Part shown: positions 1-11,722 of the stretch, in pieces
Layout of the letters: each line of letters opens with the position of its first letter
Position numbering within the stretch: the first letter of the stretch is position 1
Origin: Octopus sinensis
Taxonomy: Eukaryota
DNA length: 64,000 nt
NCBI RefSeq assembly: GCF_006345805.1
Contig: NC_042998.1
Location: forward strand, 79,794,001 to 79,858,000
Reading direction: 5' to 3'
Position numbers and translations under genes: made by a program
The notes under the pieces: generated by a model
Database searches by the model: none
What the model saw: only the letters and a program-made list of their open reading frames with translations
What the model was told of the DNA's origin: nothing

Positions 1-516
1 TCTGCTATAAAAGTATGATAAAAAGTTCAAGGATACTTACTTCTACTAGATTCTTTTAAGTGAAGACAACCACAAGAGACTGCTTGTGATTCAGCACACA
101 TACAATAGATCATCTGTTCTCAGAGAGCATCAATCAGTAGCTGTTGAAATTTGAGATCATTCTGATTGTCATAATTTCTTTCAGTATGCATCATTTTTAG
201 GATTTATGTTTCTTAAAAGTTATCAGAAATTTCTGAAATTCAAAAACAGAAAAGATCATATCTTTAAAAGCCCAGGAGAAGTTGTTAATACAGTATGTTA
301 TTTTCAGAGATATCTAACTTCATCATGAGGGTGTGTATTTTACAAGATGTGTATTTATATAAGTTTGATCAGATTGTTATCTGATCACTTCTGTACAGAC
401 TAGATTATTGCTGGAACCTTTATTTCTAAAATAACATTAATAACATTTGAATATGAAGTGGGGTGGGTACACATCCAAAAATAAAACACCCAATAACAAT
501 CAGAGAGTGAATCATA

Positions 517-537
517 GTGTATGTGTGTGTGTGTGTT

Positions 538-573
<36 letters not shown>

Positions 574-616
574 ATACATATATATATATACATACTCACA
601 CTCTATATATATGTGA

Positions 617-663
<47 letters not shown>

Positions 664-711
664 ATACATAATACATATATATATATACATACTCACACTC
701 TATATATGTGA

Positions 712-757
<46 letters not shown>

Positions 758-770
758 TATATATATATGT
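517..770. repeat. Compound (TG)n/(TA)n microsatellite with a duplicated internal unit
   Basis: Long TA runs; unit acataatacatata..tactcacactctatatatgtgagta occurs at ~569 and ~666. This explains the YIYI ORFs. Confidence 0.95.
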
Positions 771-1315
771 ACACGCTCTAAAGAAATCAGTATAATCTTA
801 CTAAGACAATATAACCACCTAATGAGAGAATTTGCTAGCAATTTAATTGTACTTGATTACTTTATTTTCTGTAAGCCAATAATATCTAAAAACAGAGGGA
901 TGTGAATCATGCTAAATTATCAGATGTTATTTGTTTTCATATTGATAAGACGCAGAAACAAAGTAATATGGTTTCCAGATGTTTTAACAGATATCCACTT
1001 ATTTTCAAAAGTGTTGATATCCACTTATTGAGTTGTTGTTGATAGACACCAGCTGTTACACATCACCCCAATTTTTGTGTGTTGGCATCATGCATTGTAG
1101 TCAATTGCAATAGATGTAAATAAAATATAGGAAGCTGTGTACATTTTATAAACAATCATTACACACAACACACATACACCCGCATGTTTGTTTCTATAAG
1201 CAGTTACAAATAAAAATAGTCAGACATAAAATTGCAGGACCATTCATTAGCTTACAGTATAGAGATATATATTTTACTTTTACAAGGAAAAGGTTTGACA
1301 GACTGTGATATATAA

Positions 1316-1828
1316 TAAAAAAAATAATAAATGCGCCCTTTTAAAGCCTAGCCAGGCTCATGGGCCCGGTTTCCCAGTTTCAATGGTGTATGTGTTCCCC
1401 AGCTGGACAGGACGTCAGTCCAACGCAGCATTACTCATTTTTGCCAGCTGAGTGGACTGGAGCAACATGAAATAAAGTGTTTTGCTCAAGAACACAACGC
1501 GTTGCCCAGTCCAGGAATCGAAACCACAAACTTACGAGCATGATGCTGACACCCTAACCACTAAGCCACGCACTTCCACTTTCGCCCTTTTAAAGCCTAG
1601 CCAGGCTCATGGGCCCAGTTTCCCAGTTTCAATGGCATATGTGTTCCCCAGCTGGATGGGATGCCTGTCCATCGCAACATTACTCATTTTTGCCAGCTGA
1701 GTGGACTGGAGCAACATGAAATAAAGTGTTTTGCTCAAGAACACATCGCGTCATCTGGTCCAGGAATTGAAACCACAATCTTACGATCATGATGCTGACA
1801 CCCTAACCACTAAGCCATGTGCCTCCAC
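1316..1828 (-). mobile_element. Dimer of tRNA-derived SINE (family A) flanked by one 11-bp TSD
   Basis: Two ~250-bp similar units start at 1333 and 1583. The minus strand reads tggcttagtggttag (A box) ... ggtttcgattcc (B box). gtgatatataa occurs at 1305-1315 and 1829-1839. Confidence 0.85.
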
Positions 1829-1863
1829 GTGATATATAACATTTGTAATTTATATAGCATATA

Positions 1864-2200
1864 GTGAAGGTGCATGGCTCAGTGGTTAGAGCATCGAGCT
1901 TACAATCGTGAGGTTGTGAGCTCGAATCCTGGACCGGGCTGCGTGTTGTGTTCTTGAGCAAGACACTTTATTTCACATTGATCCAGTTCACTCAGCTGTA
2001 GAAATGAGTTGCGACATCACAGGTGCCAAGCTGTGTCGGCCCTTGCCCTTCCCTTGGATAACACTGGTGGCGTGGAGAGGGGAGGCCGGTATGCATGGGC
2101 GATTGCTGGTCTTCCATAAACAACCTTGCCCAGACTTGTGGCTGGGAGGGTAACTTTCTAGGTGCAATCCCATGGTTTGTGTCGTGACCGAAGGGGTCTC
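1864..2200 (+). mobile_element. tRNA-derived SINE (family A-type head)
   Basis: A box tggctcagtggttag, B box-like gctcgaatcc, followed by the core-like ttcttgagcaagacacttta. Confidence 0.85.
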
Positions 2201-2271
2201 AGAATAGTATTTATAATATATAGTGAGAGCATACACAGCCAAAACTATCCTAGAAAAAAATAAAATATGCT

Positions 2272-2584
2272 GACATTCCGTTGGTTACAACAATGAGAGT
2301 TTCAGTTGATCTGATCAACAGAATTGTGAAATTTACATGCATGTGGTTGAGCAATCCACAGACACATGTACTCTTAACGCAGTTCTCAGGGAGATTCAGT
2401 ATGACACAGTGTGACAAAGCTGGCCCTTTGAGATACAGATACTACTCATTTTTGCCAGCTGAGTGGGCTGGAGAACATGAAATAAAGTGTCTTGCTCAAG
2501 GACACAATGCATTGCTAGGAATTGAACTCATGACCTTAGGATCGTAAGCTGAATACTCTAGCCACTAAGCCATTCACCTTTACA
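2272..2584 (-). mobile_element. tRNA-derived SINE (family A-type head)
   Basis: The reverse complement reads tggcttagtggctag...gagttcaattcc...gtccttgagcaagacac. The tail resembles the copy at 39010-39393. Confidence 0.8.
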
Positions 2585-2602
2585 AAAATAAAATATATAT
2601 GA

Positions 2603-3048
2603 CCATCATCATCATTTTAACATAACTTTTCTATGCTTGCAAGGGTCTAATGGAATTTCTTAAGGCAGATTTTCCATGGGCGAATGCTGCCCTCCACCCT
2701 TGGTCCAACCTTCACCTATTTCCAAGCAAGGAAACATTTTCTCCATGATCAGACATTTATTTCTCCTTTTTGCATAATATTGGAGATGAATGACACTGCT
2801 TATATGAGAGTGAAACTCCTTAACAAAAGTATATTGTGATGTCAAGACAAGGAGATACAATCACACACACACATGTATACAATGGGTTTCTTTCAGTTTC
2901 TGTCAACCAAATCCAGTCTCAAGAATTTGGTTAGCCTGGGGTTATAGTAGAAGACCCATGCCTAAGGTACCACATAATGGGATTGAACCCGAACTCACGT
3001 CATTGGGAAGCAAACTTCATAACCACACAGCCACAAGTACACCTATCA
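2603..3048 (-). mobile_element. Degenerate composite SINE / RTE-tail repeat
   Basis: catcatcat start, ttccaagcaagg and gtcaagacaaggagatac segments, then a family-B SINE head. The same layout recurs at ~21470, ~53055, ~61600 and ~62060. Confidence 0.65.
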
Positions 3049-3069
3049 TACACGTATTTGTGTGTGTGA

Positions 3070-3103
<34 letters not shown>

Positions 3104-3168
3104 ATATTTCATGCATTGGGCCATCTGATAAATAATATGAATTTTTTATACTTCTTTTATTTTTCACG

Positions 3169-3559
3169 CAGGCATCGCTATATGGTAAGAAGCTTGCTTC
3201 CCAACCACATGGTTCTAGGTTCGGTCCCACTGCGTGGCACCTTGGGCAAGTGATTTCTACAATAGCCTCAGGCCAACCAAAGCCTTGTGAGTGGACAGAA
3301 ACTGAAAGAAGCCTGTCGTGTATATGTGTGTGTGTGTGTGTGTATGTTTGCGTATCAGTGTTTGTCCCTCCACCACTGCTTGACAACCAATGTTGGTCTG
3401 TTTATATCCCCATAACTTAGTGGTTTGGCAAAAGAGATCGATAGGATAAGTACTGGGCTTACAAAGAATAGGTCTTGGGCTCGTTTTGTTCGACTCAAGG
3501 CGGTGCTCCAGCATGGCTGCTGTCAAATGACTGAAACAAATAAAAGAATAAAAGAATAA
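3169..3559 (+). mobile_element. SINE family B nested inside the mariner
   Basis: ggtaagaagcttgcttcccaaccacatggttc...gtcccactgcgtggcaccttgggcaagtg head, internal (TG)n and a (taaaagaa)n tail. Confidence 0.9.
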
Positions 3560-3574
3560 ACAATGTCATTTTTA

Positions 3575-4215
3575 AATCTAAAATATACTCTCCTTCATTT
3601 TCTACAATGATCTTCCAATTATCTGGTAAACTTGCAAGGCCCCTCTTCCAAAATTCACTTGTCTATGCTGTTCTGACCTCATCTACAGGATTCATATTTT
3701 TTCCATCCAAATGATTTTGAAGACTGCAGAATAAATGATAATCAGATGGGGCAATGTAGAGTGAATATGGTGGGTGGAGCACCATTTCCCATTCAAACTG
3801 CTCCAGCTTTTGGAATGTCATCATCGGTGTATGTGTGCAGAGCATCAGCCTGATAGAAGAACGCCTTTCGTTTTGAAACCAAAGATGGTCATTTTCTTCT
3901 AGCAATGACTTGAATGATGGTAGAACGACTAAATCCAAGCTTCTCTGCTAGTTCCTCAACAGTTACAATGGGATTTTGTTCTACTGAGGTTTGCAGGATG
4001 TCTTCGTTGAGCTCTACAGATCTTCCAGAGAGAGGCTCACCTTTTAGGCTGTAGTTTCTGGCTTGGAATTTCTGGAACCAGCATTGACACTGGCTTACGC
4101 TTAATGTCCGATCCCCATATACTGCATTAATATTCCTTGCACTTTCTGTTGCATTGTTGCCTTTATTAAACTCATAAAGCAAAATATGCTAAATATGCTC
4201 CTTTGTCACTTCCAT
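3575..4215 (-). pseudogene. Mariner transposase pseudogene
   Basis: N-terminal HTH LYEFNKGNNATESARNINAVYGD...WFQKF...EPLSGR is joined to C-terminal HPPYSLYIAPSDYHLF (YSPDLAPSD motif). Stop codons are present and the central catalytic region is missing. Confidence 0.9.
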
Positions 4216-4821
4216 TATAGCTTTGAAAAAATAACTGTTAAAATCGAACTGTACCATTCAAAACTTGCACGAAAAATAAGGACAAGGTAAAATTACTACC
4301 TGCTTTTATAGCAAGTTGATGCAGGTAGTTTATCCTGTCCCTCTCTGACTTTTAGTTCATGCAATTGAAAAAAAAAATCACATTATTTATGGGATGATCC
4401 AATACTTATATATGTTCTTGTATAAAACTGACAGAAAAAATACACTGATATTGCTGTAGGAAAATTGGACATTTCAGACAGAGTTCTTCAGGCTAAAATT
4501 AACAGGAGGGAAATAAGAGAAAGACAACAGAGTTTTACATCCTCTGTACTTGAGAAACTGGCTGTAACAGGTGTACAACTTTGTGGTCTTTCATTTATTT
4601 CCCTTCTGCCAACTTTAACCCTGAAGAAGGACTGTGTGAAATGCTGGATTTTTTTTTATTCCCCAAGGCAATTTCATGAAGGTGAGCAACCTGAACCAGG
4701 TGATGCGTCATGTTCTTGAACAAAACATTTCATTCCATGAAGCTCTTGTCCACTCAACTGTAAACAAGTGACTCTGTGGTACACTGGCATCCCATTAAGG
4801 GGGAACGTTTGATACAATCAC

Positions 4822-5165
4822 TTATCATCACCATCATCACCATCATCATCATCATCTGTTAACATCTGTCTTCCATGCTGGCATGGGTTGGGTAGTTTGA
4901 TAGGAGCCGACCAGGTGGAAAACTACATCAGGCTTCTGTGTCTGTTTTGGTATGGTTTTTACAGTTGGATGCCCTTCCTAACACCAACCATACCACAGAG
5001 TGGACTGAATGCTTTTTACATGGCACCAGCACAGGCAGGGTCAGTTTTGGCATGGTTTTTACAGCTGGATGCCCTTCCAAATGCCAACCACTTCACAGTG
5101 TGATCTGGATGCTTTTTACATGGCACTAGCATCAGTAGGATCACCAAATAACTTGCAAGACATGG
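4822..5165 (-). mobile_element. RTE 3'-tail-derived repeat with internal duplication
   Basis: (cat)n + ttaacatctgtcttccatgctggcatgggttgg + ggatgcccttcc, the reverse complement of the RTE tail at 50810-50970. Confidence 0.75.
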
Positions 5166-5461
5166 AATTTTGAGAGGAGAGAGGGGCATTGGAGGAACGG
5201 ATCTAGCTTCAAATGATCAAAGGTTAGAGTGTACAGATGGAGAGAGAGGCAGCTCTATGAATCCTAGAACTTGAGACAGTTCTCACCTATGGAAATATCA
5301 CTGTATTCTCTGCAGTGCATCACCATTCACACTTGATTCTGTTTTATTTGATTACACACACACACACACGCACACACACACACACACGCATGCACACACA
5401 CACACACACACACACACGCATGCACACACATATTCTATGTGTAATACATATGATGCAAATA

Positions 5462-6560
5462 TACAAGGGTTAAGTGAAATATTATACCCACTCTTGTTTC
5501 TGTAGTTTATTAAAACAAAAACAGAAGCTGAACAATTACATAATCTTTCAACATAGCCTCCTTGCTTTTCAATGCTTTTCTTCCAGTGACCCACAAACTT
5601 GCTTATTCCATTAGAGAAGAAGGTTTCCAGCTGGCTGTGCAGCCTTTTATGCACTGCTTTCTGCACTTCTTCATCAGTAGAAAATCAATGACCTCGTAAA
5701 AGATGTTTGAGCAGCCAAAAGAGATGATAGTTGGGAGAGAGAATATTTGGACAGTAGGCAGGGTGGTCCAGCAAGTTCAGACCAAATTTTTCAATGGTTC
5801 CAACAGTGTTGATAGCTGTTTGTGGGTGTGCATTATTGCACAAGAATAACACTTGTTTTGGCAATAGACTTTGGCAAATTACTGGTTTTAGTTTGTTGGC
5901 CTGCATTTCATTGTCATCTACACTGGTGACTGTTGACCTCTTTTCCAGATAACATTCCAGTAGAGGCCCTTTCATGTCTCCAAAAATGGCTAGCATCACT
6001 TTTTCTTTTTCACAAGAAATTCCAGGTGTTTCCACTCCAAACTCTGCCATTTGGATTCTGTCTGAAAGTGATGGACTCGGATCTCATTTCTTGTGATTGA
6101 TTATTTTCTCCAAAAAAGCTTTGCCTTCGTTGTTTAGCAGTCAAGTAACTGTCGATAGATCTCTATATGATGTGCTTATGTGCTTTGATGAGATTTCTTG
6201 GCACCCATCTCACACAGACTTTATAGACTAATTTGTAGAGAACATGCCACCTCAATGATGTTCACTTGTCAGTTTGCCAGAACTATCTCCCAAGCTTGTT
6301 GAATCTTCATGCCAGTAGTTGATGGATGTCCTGCTCCCTTTTCATGCTTCATACTCATTTGGCCAATTTTAAATTTCTTGATCCACTCACAAATTGTACT
6401 GAAACCCTGCAATGAATTTCAGCCTGACGCATCTTCAAACCAGAAAAATTGGATCACCAGTCTCTGTTCTTCCTTGGTGCACACTTCAGCAAAGTGGCTA
6501 TGTTTACTCTGTAACATAAGAAAGAAAACTGGAGTGATCAATCTCAGTTATGTAACCACA
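5462..6560 (-). pseudogene. Second, older mariner transposase remnant
   Basis: KVMLAIFGDMKGPLL...NNAHPQTA...HPAYCPNILSPNYHLF..LK..LRG and FFSNGISKFVGHWKKSIEKQGGYVE. The N-terminus CTKEEQRLVIQFFW lies near 6480. Many frameshifts. Confidence 0.85.
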
Positions 6561-6639
6561 CCTTTTAGCATGTGAATGTTGTTGTATATGTTGTACACCT
6601 ACTGCACTTTTTTTTATTATTTTGCTCGGGTCAAACACT

Positions 6640-6808
6640 TTAGTTTGACCGTAATCAAGTGGTACTTATCAACTAGTACTTTATCAACCCAGGAAGGACG
6701 AGTGGCAAAGTCGAAATCGGCAGAATTTGAACTCAGAACGTTAAGACTGACAAAATAACCCCTAAGCATTTTGCCCGACGTGCTAACGATTCTGCCAACT
6801 CGCTGCCC
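6640..6808 (-). mobile_element. SINE family C fragment
   Basis: cagaatttgaactcagaacg...gcattttgcccgacgtgctaacgattctgccaactcgc. Confidence 0.8.
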
Positions 6809-6896
6809 TAATGTATGGTATATAAACAGCAAACCTATCATAAACCAAGAAACCAAAATATATGCAATACATTTACAATATATAAAATTACAACAT

Positions 6897-6954
<58 letters not shown>

Positions 6955-7334
6955 TGTGTGTGTGTTCACACACACACACAGAGAAATGTGCGTTTTCTGA
7001 CAATATATCAAGTGTTGAATGCATTGACAGTAAACTGAACGTATCCGATGTGGAAAGTTTTTGATCTTAAATGTGCTAGATCAGGCTGACCTGGAGTTGA
7101 ACACAGCAGCTGTTACAAACACTCGGCTGGAACACGGAGCTGACAACATATCTTCATAGCTACTCGACCTACCAGAGTTAGCAACCAAATATCTCTCGGA
7201 TAGTTGGAGTGCCTTTGAACGCATAGGTATGATTCATCAGTGGGGACAAGAGACTAAACAACAAATGTCAATAAAACTTTTAAAAGTAATAGGATATTGG
7301 ACATATTTACCCCAAGTTAAACGGTATTTTGCCA

Positions 7335-7720
7335 AAAGGAGAGAAATAAACAAAGAAACGACAGAGAGGAAAGTGAGATAGATAAAGAGAGAGGGATAAA
7401 GAAGAATATTAAGGGACGCATGCGAGAGATAGAAACTGAAGAAGGCGCAACGAGAAAGAGAGAGAAATATGTGGAAATGTAAGGAAATGCATGCGAGAGA
7501 GAGAGGGAATGGGAAATAAAGGAGAGAAAACGCTAAGAGGAAGAGAAAAACAAACGAGATGAAAATGAAACAAACTGTTGGGAGAAGAAAAAGAGAAACA
7601 TTAAAGAATTTATAATAGGGAAATGAGGGGGAAAGGGAAGAAGATGAAAATAGAAGTAAGGAAGGGGAAGAGGAAAGAAAAGGTAAGTAAAAGCAGGAGA
7701 GAGAAATGAATGACATATAG
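7335..7720. repeat. Purine-rich (GA/AAG) low-complexity tract
   Basis: Almost entirely A/G on the + strand; produces spurious F/S/L-rich minus-strand ORFs. Confidence 0.85.
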
Positions 7721-8395
7721 AAAGTTGGTTGGAGTGGGTGCAGAGGTTGTGTGGCTGTTCATCTATTTTGCGGTTTATTTTTAAGTGCGAATAACGGTAA
7801 ACAAAGGCAAACAACAGGATCCATTCTGTTTTCAACTATCTCTAAACTGTTACTGGCTACCCTTATGTAAAGGGCGTTGCCTTAGCTACAAAAAAAAATA
7901 ACCTTATACGATTTACAAATAAAGATGGTATGTTAAAAGTATCTGAGTATCTTAGTTAGGATACGAGGAAACATTCCGCGTTGGCAAATAAGTAATGCAA
8001 ATAATTCAAACAGTAAAATAAGAGTTATGAAACAAGTAAGACGAGTAGTGTAACATTTAGTGCATAACAAATTAGGGAGAAAAGAAAGTGGAAGGAAGTG
8101 TCAATGAGACAAGAGAGGTGAAAATAAAAGGAACACCAGCAGATTTCTTTTAACGGTTGAGATGAGCGAATGGAAGAAAAAGTACAGAGAAAAGAACAAA
8201 AAACATGCAACACATGTACACATGCATATATGAGCGTATACACACACATTAATATTTAGCAGAAGTAAGAGTGGCTCAAGGTCCGAGAGTTTCGTGCGTT
8301 ACTCCTGCTAAATATAAATAAAAATATACATATACACATATTTTGATTTCTATTTTTCCTGGTTGCAGCAACATAACAATTTTTTTCTTTTATTT

Positions 8396-8545
8396 CTTAT
8401 TTCTTTATTGCCCACAAGGGGCTAAACATAGAGGGGACAAACTAAGGAATTAAGTCGATTACATCGACCTCTGTACGTAACTGGTACTTAATTTATCGAC
8501 CCCCGATAAGATGAAAAGCAAAGTCGACCTCGGCGGAATTTGAAC
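8396..8545 (-). mobile_element. SINE family C 3' part, truncated at the edge of the inverted duplication
   Basis: tatttctttattgcccacaaggggctaaac...gtcgacctcggcggaatttgaac, then an abrupt end. Confidence 0.85.
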
Positions 8546-8546
8546 A

Positions 8547-9042
8547 CCCAAAATATAACAATATCTGTTTCAACACACGATTTTACATCAGGAATCTTGC
8601 TGAACAAATTTATAAACGTGTGGAGTGGCTGTGTAGTAAGAAGCTTGCTTCCCAACCACATGGTTCCGTGTTCAGTCCCACTGCGTGGCACGTTGGGCAA
8701 ATGTCTTCTGCGATAGCCACGGGCCGACCTTGTGAGTGGATTTGGTAGACGGAAACTGAAAGAAGCCCATTGTGTATATATATATATATATATACACATA
8801 CAAACACACACACACATATATATATGTGTGTGTATTTGTGTGTCTGCGTTTGTCTCCCCACCATCGTTTGACAACCGAAGTTGGTGTGTTTACGTCCTTG
8901 TAACTTACGGTTCGACAAAAGAGACCGTTAGAATAAGTACTAGGCTTACAAAGAATAAGTCCCGAGGTTGATTTGTTCGACTAAAGGCGGTGCTCCAGCA
9001 TGGCCGCAGTCAACTGAAACTAGTAAAAGAATAAAAGTATAT

Positions 9043-9077
<35 letters not shown>

Positions 9078-9086
9078 ATATATATA

Positions 9087-9121
<35 letters not shown>

Positions 9122-10057
9122 GGCGGAGTGGTAAGAAGCTTGTTTCCCAACCACAGGGTTCCGGGTTTAGTCCCACTGCATGGCACATTGGGCAAGTGTC
9201 TTCTACTTTAGTCTCGGGTTCACCAAAGCACTGTGAGTGGATTTTGGTAGACGGAAACTGGAAGAAGTCCGTCGTGTGTGTGTGTGTATTAGTGTATCTG
9301 TTTGTCTTCCCACCATCGCTTGACAACTGATGTTGGTATGTTTACGTCCCCGTAACTTAGTGGTTCGACAAAAGTGACCGATAGAATAAGTACTAGGCTT
9401 ACAAAGAATAAGGGTTGGGATCGATTTAAAAGAATTAATAGAAAAATAGCGGCGAGCTGGCAGAATCGTTAGCACGCCGGGCGAAATGCTAAGCGGTATT
9501 TCGTCTGCCGCTACATTCTGAGTTCAAATTCCACCGAGGTCGACTTTGCCTTTCATCCTTTCGGGGTCGATTAAATAAGTACCAGTTGCGCTCTGGGGTC
9601 GATATAATCGACTTAATCCGTTTGTCCGTTCTTGTTTGTCCTCTCCGTTTAGCCCCTTGTGGGTAGTAAAGAAATAAGTATTTCGTCTGCCGTATTTCGC
9701 CCGGCGTGCTAACGATTCTGCCAGCTCGCCGCTTTTTTTCTTTTAATTCTTTTAAATCGATCCCAATCCTTATTCTTTGTAAGCCTAGTACTTATTCTAT
9801 CGGTCACTTTTGTCGAACCACTAAGTTACGGGGACGTAAACACACCAACATCAGTTGTCAAGCGATGGTGGGAAGACAAACAGATACACTAACACACACA
9901 CACACACGACGGACTTCTTCCAGTTTCCGTCTACCAAAATCCACTCACAGTGCTTTGGTGAACCCGAGACTAAAGTAGAAGACACTTGCCCAATGTGCCA
10001 TGCAGTGGGACTAAACCCGGAACCCTGTGGTTGGGAAACAAGCTTCTTACCACTCCG

Positions 10058-10124
<67 letters not shown>

Positions 10125-10285
10125 CTTTTATTCTTTTACTAGTTTCAGTTGACTGCGGCCATGCTGGAGCACCGCCTTTAGTCGAACAAATCAACCTCGG
10201 GACTTATTCTTTGTAAGCCTAGTACTTATTCTAACGGTCTCTTTTGTCGAACCGTAAGTTACAAGGACGTAAACACACCGTATTT

Positions 10286-10357
<72 letters not shown>

Positions 10358-10584
10358 CGATGGGCTTCTTTCAGTTTCCGTCTACCAAAATCCACTCACA
10401 AGGTCGGCCCGTGGCTATCGTAGAAGACATTTGCCCAACGTGCCACGCAGTGGGACTGAACACGGAGCCATGTGATTGGGACGCAAGCTTCTTACTACAC
10501 AGCCACTCCACACGTTTATAAATTTGTTCAGCAAGATTCCTGATGTGAAATCGTGTGTTGAAACAGATATTGTTATATTTTGGG
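8547..10584. repeat. Large inverted duplication: arms ~8547-9487 and ~9694-10584
   Basis: Mirror ORFs (9203..9475- versus 9706..9978+). The shared sequence includes non-SINE sequence (cccaaaatataacaatatctgtttcaacacacg / its reverse complement at 10552-10584) and two family-B SINEs per arm. Confidence 0.95.
9449..9678 (+). mobile_element. Full SINE family C copy forming the spacer of the inverted duplication
   Basis: gcggcgagctggcagaatcgttagcacgccggg...gttcaaattcc...ccccttgtgggtagtaaagaaata. Confidence 0.9.
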
Positions 10585-10589
10585 ACGGT

Positions 10590-11010
10590 CGTTTTTCTTT
10601 GTCTTGCCAAATAAATACACGCCCTATAAATTCGTTCTTCACTCGTTCATTATTGTTCTTATTTTATCTTATGTCGATTGTCGGGAAATCTTTCATCACA
10701 CATCTGTATCCTCTTCAATGAGTCTTCCATCCACGTGTTTCCTCCTGTTCTGTTCAGTTCATTCTGTCAGAAACAAAGACAAAGAACAGGATTTGTTCTG
10801 CTTTCAACAATCTCTAAACTGTTACTGGCTACCATAATGTAAGAACATTCTAAACAGGAGGAAACACGTGGATGGAAGACTCATTGAAGAGGATACAGAT
10901 GTGTAACGAAAGATTTCCAGATAATGGACATGAGATAAAATAGGAACAATAATAAACGAGTGAAGAACGAATATATAGTGCATGTATTTATTTGGCAAGA
11001 AAAAAAAATG
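10590..11010. repeat. Second, more diverged inverted repeat (~160-bp arms)
   Basis: 10600-10749 (...catctgtatcctcttcaatgagtcttccatccacgtgtttcctcctgtt) is the reverse complement of 10853-11000. Confidence 0.9.
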
Positions 11011-11294
11011 ATCACCCCGAAATATAATTCTGTGTGTGTTTGTGTGTATCTTTAATCTTTTTATTTGACTGTGGCCATGCAGCGACACTGCCTTGAAGGG
11101 CTTTTAGTTGAACAAATAGACCCCAGGGCTTTTTTTTTCAAACTCTTGTACTTATTCTATCTCTTTTGTCGTACCGGTAAGTTACGGGGATTTGAACACA
11201 CCAACACGAGTTGTCAAGCGGTGGTGGGGGACAAACACACACACATACGACAGGATTCTTTCAGTTTTCGTCTACCAAATCCACCCACAAGGCC

Positions 11295-11722
11295 AGGTAA
11301 CCGACTCCTAAAGATGGACCTCTTCAGCGATATGAGAACTGGAAGTAGTCCTCATGGACATCCAAAACTTTTTCGTGATCATCTCAAGCGGTCTCTCATT
11401 TTATGCGGTGTCCCTCCCAATCGGTTGGAGTCCCCGGCTGTTAGTAGGAAGGCATGGAAGTCGGTGTGATGCTGGAGTAGGGCGCTTTGAAACTGAACTC
11501 AGGAGACTGCGTGAAGAGAGGAGACGATGTCATTAACCCCCTACGGTTGTTGTTCGAGGTCACTATCAGTGCCTACAATGCCACAAGGATCTGCCAGTCT
11601 CATATAGGTCTTGTTAGGCACGTATGCTCCAATGAGAAATAATGTGTTGGAGGCGGAGGAGGATGAATGTCCTGGATCTATGCTGTCCTCATCTTTGATG
11701 GGCTGTCATAAGCATAAGTAAG
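11295..11722 (+). mobile_element. 3' fragment of an RTE-like LINE
   Basis: RLLKMDLFSDMRTGSSPHGHPKLFRDHLKRSL...AVSRKAWK matches the RTE C-terminal RLPK..G.R..G.P..R.KD...A.DR..W pattern. A frameshifted CxxC...H zinc-finger remnant follows near 11565-11625. Confidence 0.75.

Larger units (their letters stand above)
3114..4404 (-). mobile_element. Internally deleted mariner DNA transposon with both TIRs
   Basis: Left TIR cattgggccatctgataaataatatga (3114) matches the reverse complement of right TIR cattatttatgggatgatccaata (4381-4404). Transposase remnants lie between them. Confidence 0.85.

Noticed and set aside
447-905. YIYI/CVCV/THTH/LSIY-rich ORFs here and throughout the window
   Set aside because: Translations of dinucleotide and tetranucleotide microsatellites.
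1864-1940. tRNA-like sequences (also at 19200 and 39010)
   Set aside because: They continue into SINE bodies and lack a clean acceptor stem; these are SINE heads, not tRNA genes.
7237-7835. Hydrophobic 159-aa and 100-aa ORFs resembling membrane proteins
   Set aside because: Antisense of a purine-rich low-complexity tract.
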